Source of the DNA: Vicugna vicugna | Taxonomy: Eukaryota | Direction: 5' to 3' | DNA length: 64,000 nt | NCBI GenBank assembly: GCA_013265495.1 | Contig: MU058337.1 | Span: forward strand, 3,776,880 to 3,840,879 | Part shown: positions 13,701 to 26,744 of the stretch, in pieces | How positions within the stretch are numbered: position 1 is the first letter of the stretch | Layout: each line of letters begins with the position of its first letter | Notes under the pieces: generated by a model | Databases searched by the model: none | What the model saw: the letters and a program-made list of their open reading frames with translations, nothing else | What the model was told of the DNA's origin: nothing | Made by a program: the position numbers and the translations under genes

Positions 13701-15429
13701 AATGAAAAATAAAAGTGGTACCTTTTAACATTGAATACAGTAGTTATACAGGCTGCACTGCTACTTTATTAACTTGGAGCTTAGTTGCATTTTGAAATCA
13801 TTTAACTCATTAAACACAGTCTTACAAAAATAAAATCCACCTACATATCACTAAGTTTATAATATTCAATTATCATCATATTTAGCAAGAATATTTAAAT
13901 TGCCATTGTAAGATTTCTAACCAAGCAAAATTGTGAAAAATTAAAAAAGACCTAAAAGGATGCAACTTTATACCATGTACACAACAGACCATCAAAACTG
14001 AATGTAAGTAAAAGAATATTCCAATACACAGGACAGCTTACCTCATGAGAAACCCAGGTACAATCACTACACACACAATTTTTCATCCCAAAATAAATGA
14101 AATTAGCATTAACATGGTATATCAAAATATTAAAATATATCAGATATTTTCTAGATTATCATTGATTATTAAAATAATAAAGTTTATAATGAAAAGTTTG
14201 GAAAACAAAAAATTTTCATTAAGAAATTTACAATTATGAAAAGCATAAATACACTCTTTATGATCCATCAACACAAAAAAAACCACTGTAAAAATTGGCA
14301 TATTAAATTCCAGGTACACGCTCACTCACATATTTTAGCACATCTATCGTAAAGGGTGCATTTTGCAGTCATACTGAACATGCAATTTTGAAAGCACATT
14401 TAATCTAACATTGCAAGTATTTTTCAACTCCTTGAAAATTCTTGAAAACATCGATTCCTACATCTGTATGGTAGCATATCACACGTGTGTAATATTTATG
14501 TGTCAATATTAAACATTTCCTTTGGCTGCATCTACTATCTGTAGTATAAGCAATGCAAGGATGAGTCTCCACAAGCATCAGTTCCTTATTTGCATTCCAT
14601 GTTATTTCTGTAGATTGTTTCCTAAAGTGAATTGCATAGATGAAAGACATAAACTCACCCTACATTTTGAATGCAAATCTCCAGACTGTTGTTGGAAATT
14701 TGTATAGTTTACATTCCCAATACGCATCTGAATTTGTCTTCACAGGCACTTATTACTATGGTTTTTCCTTTGAAGATTTTTTTGAAATGAAAAAATACAA
14801 AATCCCTCTAATGTTTTAATTTTAGTTAGTCATCATTAAGGTTAAACCTCTCACACACCACCATACTTATTTTTATTAAGTATTTGTGATTCCATTTGTC
14901 TCCATGATCTGTTTATTTCTTTTCCTCATATACCTACAAGGGTGAGCTTTTAATACATTTTTGAAAGAGTGTATTACTTTATTAAAATAATACAAATTCT
15001 GTAAAAATATCAGGCTACAAAAAAGGAGACAAACAAGAAAGCAGTAAGACCCTGTCAGCTAGAAATCGCCTGTGCAATGATCTGGCATCCACATTCCATA
15101 AATAAGCACACACGTGGGGAGGGACACAGACTGATATGAAGGAGGACACAGCACCAGAGAAAGAAAGAACTTCGTAATTATAGGATTAGATTCAACATGC
15201 TTAAAAATGTATTACATCCCATTTTAATTGACTTTAACAAAAGAAATACAAATGCAATTGATACTGAAGAGATTCTGGAATTCCATATAAATGCTTCTTC
15301 AGTAGATGAGATATGATTTCTTTAAAAATCTCTTCAAGATTTAAAGAAGAGATTCTGGTATCTATATTGAGTTTGAAGTCACTGTGATTTTATTTAAACC
15401 ACATGATTATACTTTAAACACTGTAAGCC

Positions 15430-17100
15430 TGATTCCACGCTGTATGAATGAGATGTTTAGTAGTCATTTATGTATTTCCTCCTACCTCCCTATTCCCACT
15501 GGCCTGTTTTTATTGGTTGGATTATTTTTTCCTCATCATGTTTTACTGCATTTACATCTTATTCATGTATGTAATTTTTTATTTAGATGGGTTTAATTCT
15601 CAACGTCAGTCATTTTACTACATCTCCTCTTTTCATACTTCATTATTTTGATTTCTTTATAGATTGGTCGTATTTCATTATGGAGTTACTAATTTAATTG
15701 GCAGATAAATAATCCCATGTTTATGCTTGATACTGGAACAACAGCTTGCCTGTGTGTAAGATTGTGGATATATCTCAGAATCCACTGAATTTAGGTATAA
15801 ATTAGAATTTTTACAGTCTTCTAGGTTGCATATCCCTGAGGACTTCTTGGCTTTGTGAGACTATCTGTATTTTGACTTCATATTCAAAACCCTAGGATAA
15901 AATTCGGGGTTCATACCTTTCCCCAGAATTCTTTAAACAAACCTCCCCTATCAACTGGCCCTGAATGTTGCTACAGAGAATTCTAAGGGTGACTTGATAT
16001 TTTCTTTTAGTTGCTGACTTTTCTTCCCTAAATACTTGTAGACTCTTTCTTACAGTCATTGAATTTATTTCCTTTTTCAGCATATATTTTGGAATTATTA
16101 TCAGTTTTTCCTGAGATCTGGAGAGTTGTTTTAAACTGCAGTATCAGCTGTTCCTACATTTCATGGTTTTTTGTTTGTTTGTTTGTTTTATTTTTAAATG
16201 TATCTTTTTTCATTTTTCCCATCACATTTGTAAGAAACATACACTGTCCATTCTCTTACATCACATACCTGTTATTTTCCAGTCTCCTTTCCTTCAGCCT
16301 GTCCACCAAGTATGTGATTGCTTTACTCCTGTTTATTGTTTTTTTGTTGCTTCTCATGTTTTGTGTCTATAATTTTTTTCATTTCTTTTCTGAGATCTGC
16401 CAGCTTACTTGTCATCTAATTCTGCTATCTTATAATTCCATACTTAAGCCCTTGTATTCATTACAATTTAACTTTTTCTCTCTCCTTTCTCACTTAAAGA
16501 GGAACTGTTGGAAAGTTCTGTTACAATGGAGAATAATTTTTGGAAGTCTTATGTTTCTTCAAAAATTTATTTTCTTACATAGATCATTCAGAAGGTGTCT
16601 GCCAATGTTTCTCTTCTCCTTTTACATTTTCCCCACTATTCATACAAAGAGCCCATATTGCTCCTTCTTTCACTCTTTTTTACTGCTTTCAGTATGATCA
16701 TGAGGGACTGTGAACTAAATATATCTCACCTTACTATTGTAAAATAGAAATCTTTTACTGTTTTTTTTTCCCTTTGGTTGAATTATTTTTTGTGTTTTAT
16801 TTTCTCATATTCAATTTTATATTCTATTAAATTGGAATCATTTCTATGTGAAAAGTAATTCTTCAATTGTCAAATAACTCTGCAGGAACATTAAATATTT
16901 CATAAATTTTCCAAACAGGTTGAGAAATTCCACATTTATAGAAATGCATTTCTATTCTAGTCCTTCTGAAAATGATTTGAGTCCAGTTTCCTTCAACTTT
17001 TATTTTGTTTCCTGTAGCATCAACTAAAATTTATCTGAATTTTTTATTAAAAAATCCTGTTGATATTTTACTATAAGTACTCTAAACCAAATAAGAACTG
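15430..17100 (-). mobile_element. Very old L1 fragments
   Basis: T-rich diverged antisense L1-like text; accounts for the 212-aa F/L/S-rich ORF. Confidence 0.45.
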
Positions 17101-18021
17101 ATAACTGATATACAGAGATCCCTACTGCATAAAGTTAATGTGTGATATATGGCTATTTATGAAAATAAATGAACGATGAAATAAATGACTAAATCAACAA
17201 TGAAAATAAAATGGATCAGTGTGGATGAACTAACTTTTACGGAAGGACTCTACTAATGACATTGGAATACTTTTTTTGATTAGGTATTTAGGATTTACCA
17301 ACAAAACAAAATGCCAGAAAAGATAAGTTCTTTGCATTATTAGACCCCTTAGTTACAATGTTAGAGCATCATTAAAAATAATGTCACTTAAAATAAAGAC
17401 AATGTAACCATCATGTATTTCATAATGAAAATACTATTGTTAAGAAAAATCAGCTTTGATAAATTCTTTTCATTTTTTAAAATAATTCTTGTTGCAATGG
17501 ACATATCTTAGATTTTTCCCCTAAAATCTATTTATTTTTTCTGTCTTACTGGATTTCTTTTTAGATATCTGAAATTAATTCTCTTGAGTTTATTTTCAAC
17601 AAAACTTTCTTAAAACTTTAAAATATCCTTGGAATTTTAATTTGTAAATAAAATAATATAAAAATCATGTCTAAATTTAAATGCTTTTTAAAAAAATTCT
17701 GTAGATCTGGAGGGAAGACAACACTTATAACAGTTATTTTTTAGCTTAGCATGATTTTGGGCATCCAAGGGCTAAGCTTCAGAAGAAAATGGTGATGTGT
17801 TCCACCCTAGGGATTCTGGTGCTCCACAATAGACTGAAAGAATATGTCTCTGTGTTAATTACGGCTTTGACATTGTTCCAGATGTACACAATACATGATG
17901 TGTAAGCCAGATGCCCTGTGTGTTCATGCCTCCACCTGGACACTGCTGCTCGAGGAAATCAGAACCCCCAAGGCTGCAGGTGGGACATGGCAGACATCCA
18001 AGATCTATCTCATGATACTTT

Positions 18022-18046
18022 TGCTGCCCTCTGGGGAGATGTGCAG
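18022..18046 (-). promoter_or_regulatory. Candidate CTCF site
   Basis: Minus strand reads ctgcacatctCCCCAGAGGGCAGCA, a core plus upstream TGCA-like motif. Confidence 0.4.
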
Positions 18047-20549
18047 GATCACTCTACAAAAACATTTATGATTTCATTAAAGCATGAATCACCAAGAGTC
18101 TATGGAGGCCTGCTAATTGGCATTTAGAGGTATAAATTTGTTTTAACTGTAAATGAGGTATTTCTATATCCTTCTTCCCTAACCATTTGCAAAAAGTTAT
18201 ATATCCTAACAAAATTTCCTTATTATGCTTGCCACTTTTAAGCTTCCTAATGGTTTTTCAACTTCAGAAGGATATATATTTCTACTAAGGAATTCTGAAA
18301 ACATTGTAAGAAGTGTATATATACCTTCCAATCTTTAATTTCATATAGCTTCTACTCAAACTTCACCCAATGGCTCAATAAGTTTTCAGTTACCCCATCC
18401 TTCAAGAATTCCGGAAGTCTAACATTTTTCAGAATTTGCTCTCTAATATGTTGATTACAGTAACACATATGCGTTTAATATAAATGTATTTTCCTACCTA
18501 TTACATAAAGGGAAAATAAGCTTTCTGGCTTACAGTTTATTATTTATGATAATTATTTCTATAACTATTTTCCAAATAGCTATAACCACTTTATAAATAA
18601 TTATTTATGCATAGAATGTTTGAAATTATCTTCATAAATATGGTTTTAGTTTGGGCAGAATGAATATTTGTCTGCCAGCCTCTATAAATTAATTCTCTGT
18701 TTAGAGAAAACTCAGGAAAATACATTGCTTCAACTAATCTTCCTGTGTCACTTTATAAAATTCTATAGCTTAAAACATGTAACCTCTTTTTTTGGCCAGT
18801 TGAGATTCTATAATTCTAGTGATTTTTTTCATTCCAATAGAAAATATGATGAGTAAACCAGTCCATAAATTCTGCAGTGAAAGTTCTTCTTGAAAACAGA
18901 AACCTATGCTGGTAAAGACTATTTTTTCATAAAAGATAAGTACTAGAAAATTGTTCCATTTTCTCTTTATTAACAAATCTATTTATATTGGAATTAATAA
19001 AATCTAGAAAAATCTTATTTATACATTTATGACACATACTGTTGTTTCACTTTTTAATTGTATTAAGCAAACATTAAGAAATCCAAAATTTTATATGACA
19101 AATGCCTCTTATTTAATGCCTTAATGAGTGCATAGTGAGTCTTCTCATTCTACACAATTGATAGAAGTCAACTTTCCTATTTTTAGCTTGTGAAGAACTT
19201 TCTGTTTTCTATTATTAAAATTATAGCCTCTGTTCACACACCACCATAAAATTATATTCTTGGAAAAATTAACTAAAAAAATGTTCTAAGCAAAAATAAG
19301 TGTAGACACAAATTTCAAAGAAAAGAGCTATTTTTATATCAGATATATTTTGGGAAATAAACTTCTAGTTTATTTTCACTGCTAAAATATAAGCATTAGC
19401 ACAGGTATGAAGTTATAGAATGAACTTCAGCTAGACCCTATATTAACAACCTAGTTGCTTTATAAAATTTGATTTTTAAATGTAGATTCTCTGCTGTTAG
19501 ATTACAATTCATTATTATTTATGTCTCTCTGAAAGGACTGGCTCCTCTTTACTGGGAGCAATGAATTTTTTTTTTCATCATTTCCCTCTCATTATTCCTC
19601 TGAATGAAACTTTAAGTCATAGGACATATAAAGTCTAACGTCTAAAATTTTTTCTTACTATGTTGTACATTAACTTCCCAGGATTTATCTTATGAGTGAA
19701 AGTTTATATGTTTTGACTACCTTCACCCATTTTGCTCATTTTATTATTTTTATTTGTTCTGGAAATTGAATATACTGATTATATGAAAATTAACAGATAA
19801 GCCAAGCACAGAATGTCAGAGAATTAGAAAGCTAACAAATTATAGAATTATAATACAATTAACACAAAAACTCATATAATTCAGAAGTCATTTTGGAATT
19901 CTGAAGTCTTACAAAGGCATCAATATGAACACAATTAAAGCTCTATAATTATAGATGTAACAATGTATTGGACTAAATTTATACTGGCTGTGTATCTTAT
20001 TTTGAACAATTTTAAGACATTTTTATATCTATAATTTAGTTTTCTAACTTTGAAAAATTACAGTTTAGAAGTCAATTTTTCATGTATTTCAATTACTATG
20101 TATGAGTTGACCAAAAAAAAAAACTTCCTTTTACTTGCATCTTTTCATAAACTGGCTATACCTCTTTGAGAAAAAAGATAGGTAACATGTCCTCTAGTGA
20201 AAAGTGTATATAATGGGAGCACCTTTATCTAGGAGAGCCCCAATTCCATAAGCTGTGCCTATTACATGGGCATTAAATAAATTACAGCAGTCTTTATCAC
20301 ATTACATAATAATTCACACTATTCTTTACTTAGATTTTTTTTCTTATTGTATAGAAAATTTTTCCTTGTATGTTAAAGGACAATTTATACATTTCAAAAG
20401 CATGACTGTTACAAGTTATTCAACAGTATTCCCACATATGTAAAGGTTCCTCTGGAAAATTTTGATCTAAGTGATATGATGCTGCTTCATTAAAATCTCA
20501 TTTCCATAAACTATTTTAAAGAATTGTTTTACAAAAATGGGGGTGCAGT

Positions 20550-21075
20550 TGTGGTATACTTATACAATGGAATACTACTCAGCCATAAAAAAGAATAAAA
20601 TAATGCCATATGCAGCAACATGGATGGATCTAGATTGTCATTCTAAGAGAAGGAAGCCAGAAAGAGAAAGAAATATATCATATGATATCATTCATATGTG
20701 GAATCCAAAAAAAAAAAAGTGAAAAAAGGACACAATGAACTCATCTACAAAACAGAAACAGACTCCCAGGCATAGTAAACAATTTATGGTTACCAGGGAA
20801 AGGGGGTAGCAGGGGATAAATTTGGGAGTCTGAGATTTGCAAATGTTAGCCACTATATATAAAAATAGATTTAGAAAAACGTTTCCACTGTTAGAAAAAA
20901 AGATTTTTAAAAACTTCTTCTGTATAGCACAAGGAACTATATTCAATATCTTGCAGTAACCTTTAATGAAAAACAGTATGAAAACAAATACATGTTTATA
21001 TATGCATGACTAGGACGTTATGCTGTAGGCCAGAAATTGACACATTGTAGCTGACTATACTTCAGTTAAAATAAA
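20550..21075 (+). mobile_element. 5'-truncated lineage-specific L1 3' end (camelid-type L1)
   Basis: ORF2 C-terminus (YTMEYYSAIKKNKIMPYAATWMDL) then 3'UTR gagatttgcaaatgttagccactatatataaaaataga...gacacattgtagctgactatacttca. Confidence 0.9.
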
Positions 21076-21152
21076 GGCGGGGGGACAAATTTCTATAAAC
21101 TTGACAACACGAAGCCTAAAATCATCTTCTTCTCTTTGAATCTGTTACTTAC

Positions 21153-21330
21153 CTTTTCAAGTCGGGCCCCAACAGGGTTCCTCCTGCCCCGCGTGCGTCC
21201 TTCAAGCCGCCAGAATGAACTGGTGTTCGGCTCAGAAGCAAAGGAGTGATCCCCTTCAGTCAGAGAACGGAGTGGTGCGACCTCTTGCTCCAGGACACGC
21301 GCTCTGCTCGCTATGACAGGCAGGCGGCTT
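21153..21330 (-). other. Candidate first exon of a minus-strand transcript (5' end uncertain)
   Basis: Consensus donor AAG|GTAAGT at 21153/21152 on the left edge of the island. Confidence 0.55.
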
Positions 21331-21640
21331 CATCCGGGACTCGTCATAATTCTCGTAGGGCGGGATTCTCGTGGGGCGCGGTGGGTAGGGGTGGTGGTGG
21401 GGGTGCTCGCCGGCTGGCGCAGGCGCGTTGCTGAAGGCGCCGCGTCGGCACAGTGCCCAGTGCGGCGTCTCTGCACACAGCCCACTGCAGCCATCTTGGA
21501 CTGTGTCGTGCGCAGGGGCAGCACAGGCCCGCCGACCTGAGGTAACCGGCCGCCGTTCCTCACCGCGAACTCTGGCCTGACGCGCAGGCGAGGCCTCTGC
21601 TCGCCGCCGCCTGGGACCGAGAAAAACTGAACTCCGCAGA
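21160..21640. promoter_or_regulatory. CpG island / probable bidirectional promoter
   Basis: Only GC- and CpG-rich segment in the window; ETS ccggatg (minus, 21331-37), GC box/E2F gggcggga (21358-65), NRF1 gcgcaggcgc (21417-26), YY1 gccatctt (21490-97). Confidence 0.88.
21420..21541 (+). other. Candidate first exon of a plus-strand transcript (5' end uncertain)
   Basis: Donor GAG|GTAACC at 21541/21542, downstream of the YY1 motif. Confidence 0.45.
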
Positions 21641-22199
21641 GGAGAAGAAAAAGGTCAGACTTTATTTTGTTACCCAGATCCTATTTTCACTCCCTAGAAA
21701 TTGTTAATGGGCTTTGCCAGTGACAAATCCTTAGAGTCTCACGAGTGTTTTAAATTTTACAAATACGTCATCTCCAAAGGAAATTTGATGTTTCAAAGTG
21801 TTTTAATTTCTTTCAGCACTCATGTCAGCTCTCAACAATTCAAATAAGGGCATTTTTAATTATCAGTGGTACTGATTATATCAGGACTTAAATGATGTAC
21901 AAAATTAGCTCTTGCTAGAAGAATCCTAGCGTGTGCATGTAATTGTTTTTTGGTAAGAATATCTGATTTTTAAACCCCATGCTTCATGGACGGATGTGTA
22001 TAGGTGATGTTTCTTGACCATCTGTTTTGTGCTTCACCCGATGCTATATTCTGGTATAAATAATGGTATATGTAAGCACCTGACCTTGAGCATTTCACCC
22101 CATCTGCTAAAGAATTCAGAAAGGAATATATAAATGAAGTGTAATGGGGGAAAAAAAAAAGCCTTTCTGACTTGTCATAGTGGACCCACCTGCACATGG

Positions 22200-22700
22200 C
22201 TCTAATGAGAACGTATCCTTTGATTGAGATTTTCAAGACTGAGTTGGATTTTGATAGGTAAAGAAGATGCTAAAGAAAGTTCTAGTAGAGAAAACACGAG
22301 TGTAAACAGGCAGAAATGTGAAGATCTTGGTCCATTATGTGAACAGCAAGAAATACGGATTGTCTGGCTTGCAAGGAGATAGTTGGTCATCCATAATGGT
22401 AGGAAGAGTCATGTAGTTTTATAGCAGATGTTACTGAAGAGTTTGCACTGGATTACATGGAAGAAGTGGTAAATCTTAGCAGATTCTATGTCAAGAAGAG
22501 AAATTACCAGATTTTTGTTCTGGGAAAATCAGTCCAGATATAAGAGTAAGATGGCTTAGGGAGGAGTAAAGAAACTAAAAGTGAGTTACACAGATAATTA
22601 TAGGTATCCAGGTGGAACAGAGGGTGGCTTAGGAATAGTACATACTAATGAGATTAGAAGGTTCCTACTAGATCTGGGGAGACATTTTGGAAATAGGAGC
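22200..22700 (-). mobile_element. L2 fragments
   Basis: Purine-rich diverged L2-like text (gagtttgcactggatt, ccagatttttgttctgggaaaatca). Confidence 0.5.
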
Positions 22701-25700
22701 TATTTATAAGGTTTGCTGGTCTTATGTTATTAAATAAACTGGAAGTTAAATGTGATTCTTGATCCAGGTAACACAGGGACACATGTTCTGGTAAATATTT
22801 TGTAAATGTTAAAATATCTTTTCAAGTTTCTTCTAGAAGTATCCATAATATTATACTAGGATGAATAAAGGATAGAGAGGTAGAGCATCTCATCGAGTGA
22901 GACAACTTTCTACTGCAACTTTGTCTTGTATTTTTATGTATATATTACCTCTTGCTGATCCATCCATATTAGACATCATGCCTTGCCAAACTGCAAACAT
23001 CTAAATTTATGTTTTATCTAAAGCTTTTATCATAAAGTGTACTGAATCGGATATTGGACCAAGAGATATATTAAATCAACTAGCATGGAAGGCTGGAAAC
23101 GGTAGTTAGCCATTCAGAATGACCTGTCATAAGTCACCTGTGATTCACTCACCTGTCCTAAGTGTCATCAAAAGAAAGAGGGTAAAAACTGCCCTAGTCT
23201 TCTGCCTTCTGGTAGTACTACTGTGAAACAAGAGAAGCACTGAAATGGTTTGTCTATCAGCTGTAGACCACCTAGAAGTGATGGGGAGCTGCTTTTAGCT
23301 GAAGTTTTCTCTGTTGAGCAGCTAACAGATGTTGGCACCTTGACCTCGCATTGTGATTAAATAGAGGATAACTGCCCTGGGGGCAAGCCAGTCCATTTTA
23401 GAGGTTTATTTTGAGATTTTGAGAAACATGAAAAACATGTATTTAAGTTCTTTTATAAACAATTATGTAGATATATGGACAGATCTTATAAATGCAGATG
23501 TATATTTTAAGATAGTTTTATGTCTGTGTCTATGATTAGTCTACATAGATGCAGTTGACACTCTGAGAGTAGGTGGCCAAGACGGATATGCAGAATCAAG
23601 GAATGGGATAGGACTATAGAGGGTGAGATCACACACAGAAGAGACGTATTTGAAAAGTGGTCGCATATAATAAAGTCAGCTAAAGAGGTCAAGAAGAGAC
23701 TAGTCAGAGGTGTAGAAGTAAACGAAAAAAGGAAATACCTTAAAACAAAGAAAATAAATCATTCTAGTAAATGCCTGTTGACCAGAGTAATACTGAAAAT
23801 CAGAGATTCAACATTACTCTCCTGAGGCAAATGTTGATGCTTCTGTGGATAAAAAGTAGACTTCTATGTCTTTTGGTCTCATAATGAGCACACATATTCA
23901 TTACATGAGATTTTTATGCAAAATTCTTGAATGGTAATAAATTGAAGGCTATATGAATCTATAATACTCTTAATTAATGAAATAACATTTTAACCAAACA
24001 AGAGCTAACAGCCTGTTCAGGATGAAAAGGTGTATGACTAAAATTGAGTTTGTTACCTTCACCAGTAATCAAATCTGAAAGATTGTTATGGTAATGATTT
24101 TTTGTAAAGCAAAAAATAAATGGAATAAGCAGATAACTGGAACCAAGATGAAGATCTCTGTGGCATTTGATTAACTGCCAGGAAATAACTGATTTTCCAG
24201 TAATCAAAATGAAAAAGGCAATCAGGTTGGTTTATAATATATACCACCACAGGTTCTGTGATATGTTATTCATAATTTAACCTTCTTGTGGATAATTTGC
24301 ATTGTGAATACTCAGCATATATTAATGGTTTGCAAGTAAGCATTCACAAACATGCTACGGGTTCAAAGGATCTCAAAACAGCTCAAGGGACTCGCATAAA
24401 ACTTGGTGATCTTTTAAAATCACACACCTGTCATGATTAGATGCTATCAAAAGCAGTGATTAAAACAAAAAGTCTTCAAATCTGTAATGTTTGGGTTTGG
24501 AGGACATCCCCATTAATGGAAGTTAGGAAAAGAGGTCTTGAACTTTTCCAAGTTTTTCTTCCAGACAGACAGAAAGAAAAATAAGTAAATGCATTCTTGA
24601 ACACAGCAAAATACAGAACAAGGCAATCCTCGACCCCACAGAAAGTAAAAGTCCCTTCGTTTGGAAAATGACTAGCTACCATGAGTAGACATGGGAAGTC
24701 CACTTCAGGCAATTGTCTTTTTATAAAGGCCTGATACCCTAAATTTCATGATTTGGAACCTAATCAGAGTTTGTTTGCATCATTCACTACTGTGGCCTTA
24801 AACCCTTTTAATAAGAAAAGCACCTCACTCACATTAAAACCCAAGTTCGAGTAATTTGAAATATCTTCTGCATGCATACCTTGAATATGGACTTAAAATT
24901 TAGTTATTTCTTAAGAGATAGTTTTTCCCTTGTTTTTTTATTTACTAGACAAAATAGAATTTCTTAGTATTGTAATTACATTAGCGTTATTTTATGACTT
25001 GATATAAAAATCCACATTTTTGTTACACTTTTAATGCAAAACCTCTATTCTACTGGTTACAATTCAAGAGATAGGGGAAATGCAGTTTAAGTTTGGTTCA
25101 GCTCATTGTCCTTAGAGACAGAGTAATAATCATCAAGCTCACTACCTGAACAAAATGATTTCCAGAGTTACTGGCAAATTGTTCATTTGTAACTCATCAT
25201 ATAATTTTTCGAGCTTTCTTGTCAGTATACTGCAGTTCCCTATCCCCCTCATCAAGGGTAATAATTAGAAACAACTAATTCTGAGAAAGCTGCCCTCCAC
25301 GTCGTGTTTTCTTCTCTCCATCTTGTTTGCTGGATTGAATAACTCTGGATTCAGCTTAGTCTTTGGGGTTTTCTCATGTTGGCACGTTAATAAGCAGACG
25401 TGCCCTCTGACCCACAAATCAAGAGGATGCTTTGGCATCCACACAGCTGGCTCTCAGAGCAGCATTTTTAGGGTGACAGAAGCTATATCAGCAGGAGCAT
25501 TAGCATGAAGAGCGTGAAAAGCTGCCCTTACCACTCGAGCCAGTGAGCCAGCCCTTTTCTGTAAGATAGAACTTCTGTAAGAAAAGGCTGTCCCCACATG
25601 AAGTCTTCGAAAGTTAGAATGGAACTAAGACATCATTTAGTGCCCAAAATGACCTAGATAAATATTGGTATTTTTTATGTTGTTTAGAAGACAAATGTAA

Positions 25701-25726
25701 TGAATAGCACTTGTCTCTTTCTAATA

Positions 25727-25830
25727 TGTGTGTGTATATACGTGTGTATGTGTATGTATGTGTATATATGTGTGTATATTTTGGTACGTGTATATATGAT
25801 TATATACACTCTCTTAAACACACACACACA
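25727..25830. repeat. Degenerate (TG/TA)n and (CA)n simple repeat
   Basis: tgtgtgtgtatatacgtgtgtatgtgtatg...acacacacacaca. Confidence 0.85.
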
Positions 25831-26030
25831 TTCTGGATAAATCCTCACCAGCTGTTGTTTTATTATCCCATACTTTGTAATTTATTTATGGCGAATACTT
25901 TATCCATTTAGCCATCAGAACGTCCATAAACTTAAGCATTTGACCATACCATTACTCGTATTACATTTGTGTTCAAAATCTGCCTCCCCCAACCCTCTTT
26001 TCTTAATATTTCATGTTATTTTTTTTAAAG

Positions 26031-26084
26031 AGATTCAATAATTATCTTCTTCATGTCTGAAAGACCTATTACTAAAGTTTCCAG
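26031..26084 (+). other. Candidate 54-bp exon
   Basis: T-rich tract with aaag| acceptor and consensus donor CAG|GTGAGT; ATG at 26053. Confidence 0.4.
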
Positions 26085-26744
26085 GTGAGTACAGATTTTT
26101 GAAGCAATTTTTCAATTTTAAATAAATATTTTTTAACTTCAATATAGAATTTAGATTTAACTTCCAATATAAAACAGTTATGATCAGCTATTTGAAAATA
26201 GCGTATAATCCTGGGTCAGCCTTCATTATTTCTGTGGCTTGATTCAGTGAAGTGTGACCATAAAGTCCAAAGGCATGGGGCAGTGTTGGAGACAGTTCAA
26301 CAAACAGTGATGGAATCAGAGTTTTAGAGCTGAATGTGGCATTTAGGAACAATGCAATCCCCTAACTGCACAGAGGAGAAATAGATGGAGGCTTGAAAAA
26401 AGATCATGTTTCTAAATAATTATTTGTGTTGAAAAGGAAGGCAAAAATAGTAGCTTGCAGTGACAAATATTTAAACAAAAATAGAATATAGGGATGCTTT
26501 TGCCACACACCTCACACACTGTGCACAACACACACATATGCACATACATGATCACACATAAGGGCAACAAATACCCCTTCCTGTCCAGTCATGACAAACA
26601 GTGGAAGTATACTGTGCTGTCAGCTGAGATGTGCACAGGTAGATACGTGAATACCCCATCATATGGGCTGTTGTTCAGACTATCTAAAGAGCTTTTAGTG
26701 ATGAAATCTTTATATTTTAGTGGCAAAAGATATTAGTTAATATC

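Noticed and set aside
16059..16697. Longest ORF (212 aa, hydrophobic)
   Set aside because: Low-complexity F/L/S composition from T-rich, probably antisense old-L1 sequence; TTG start and no recognisable domain.
21246..21563. Three overlapping ORFs in the CpG island, including MAAVGCVQ...
   Set aside because: Stop-poor GC-rich DNA; the aagATGGC context is the YY1 motif; the ORFs stop before the splice donors.
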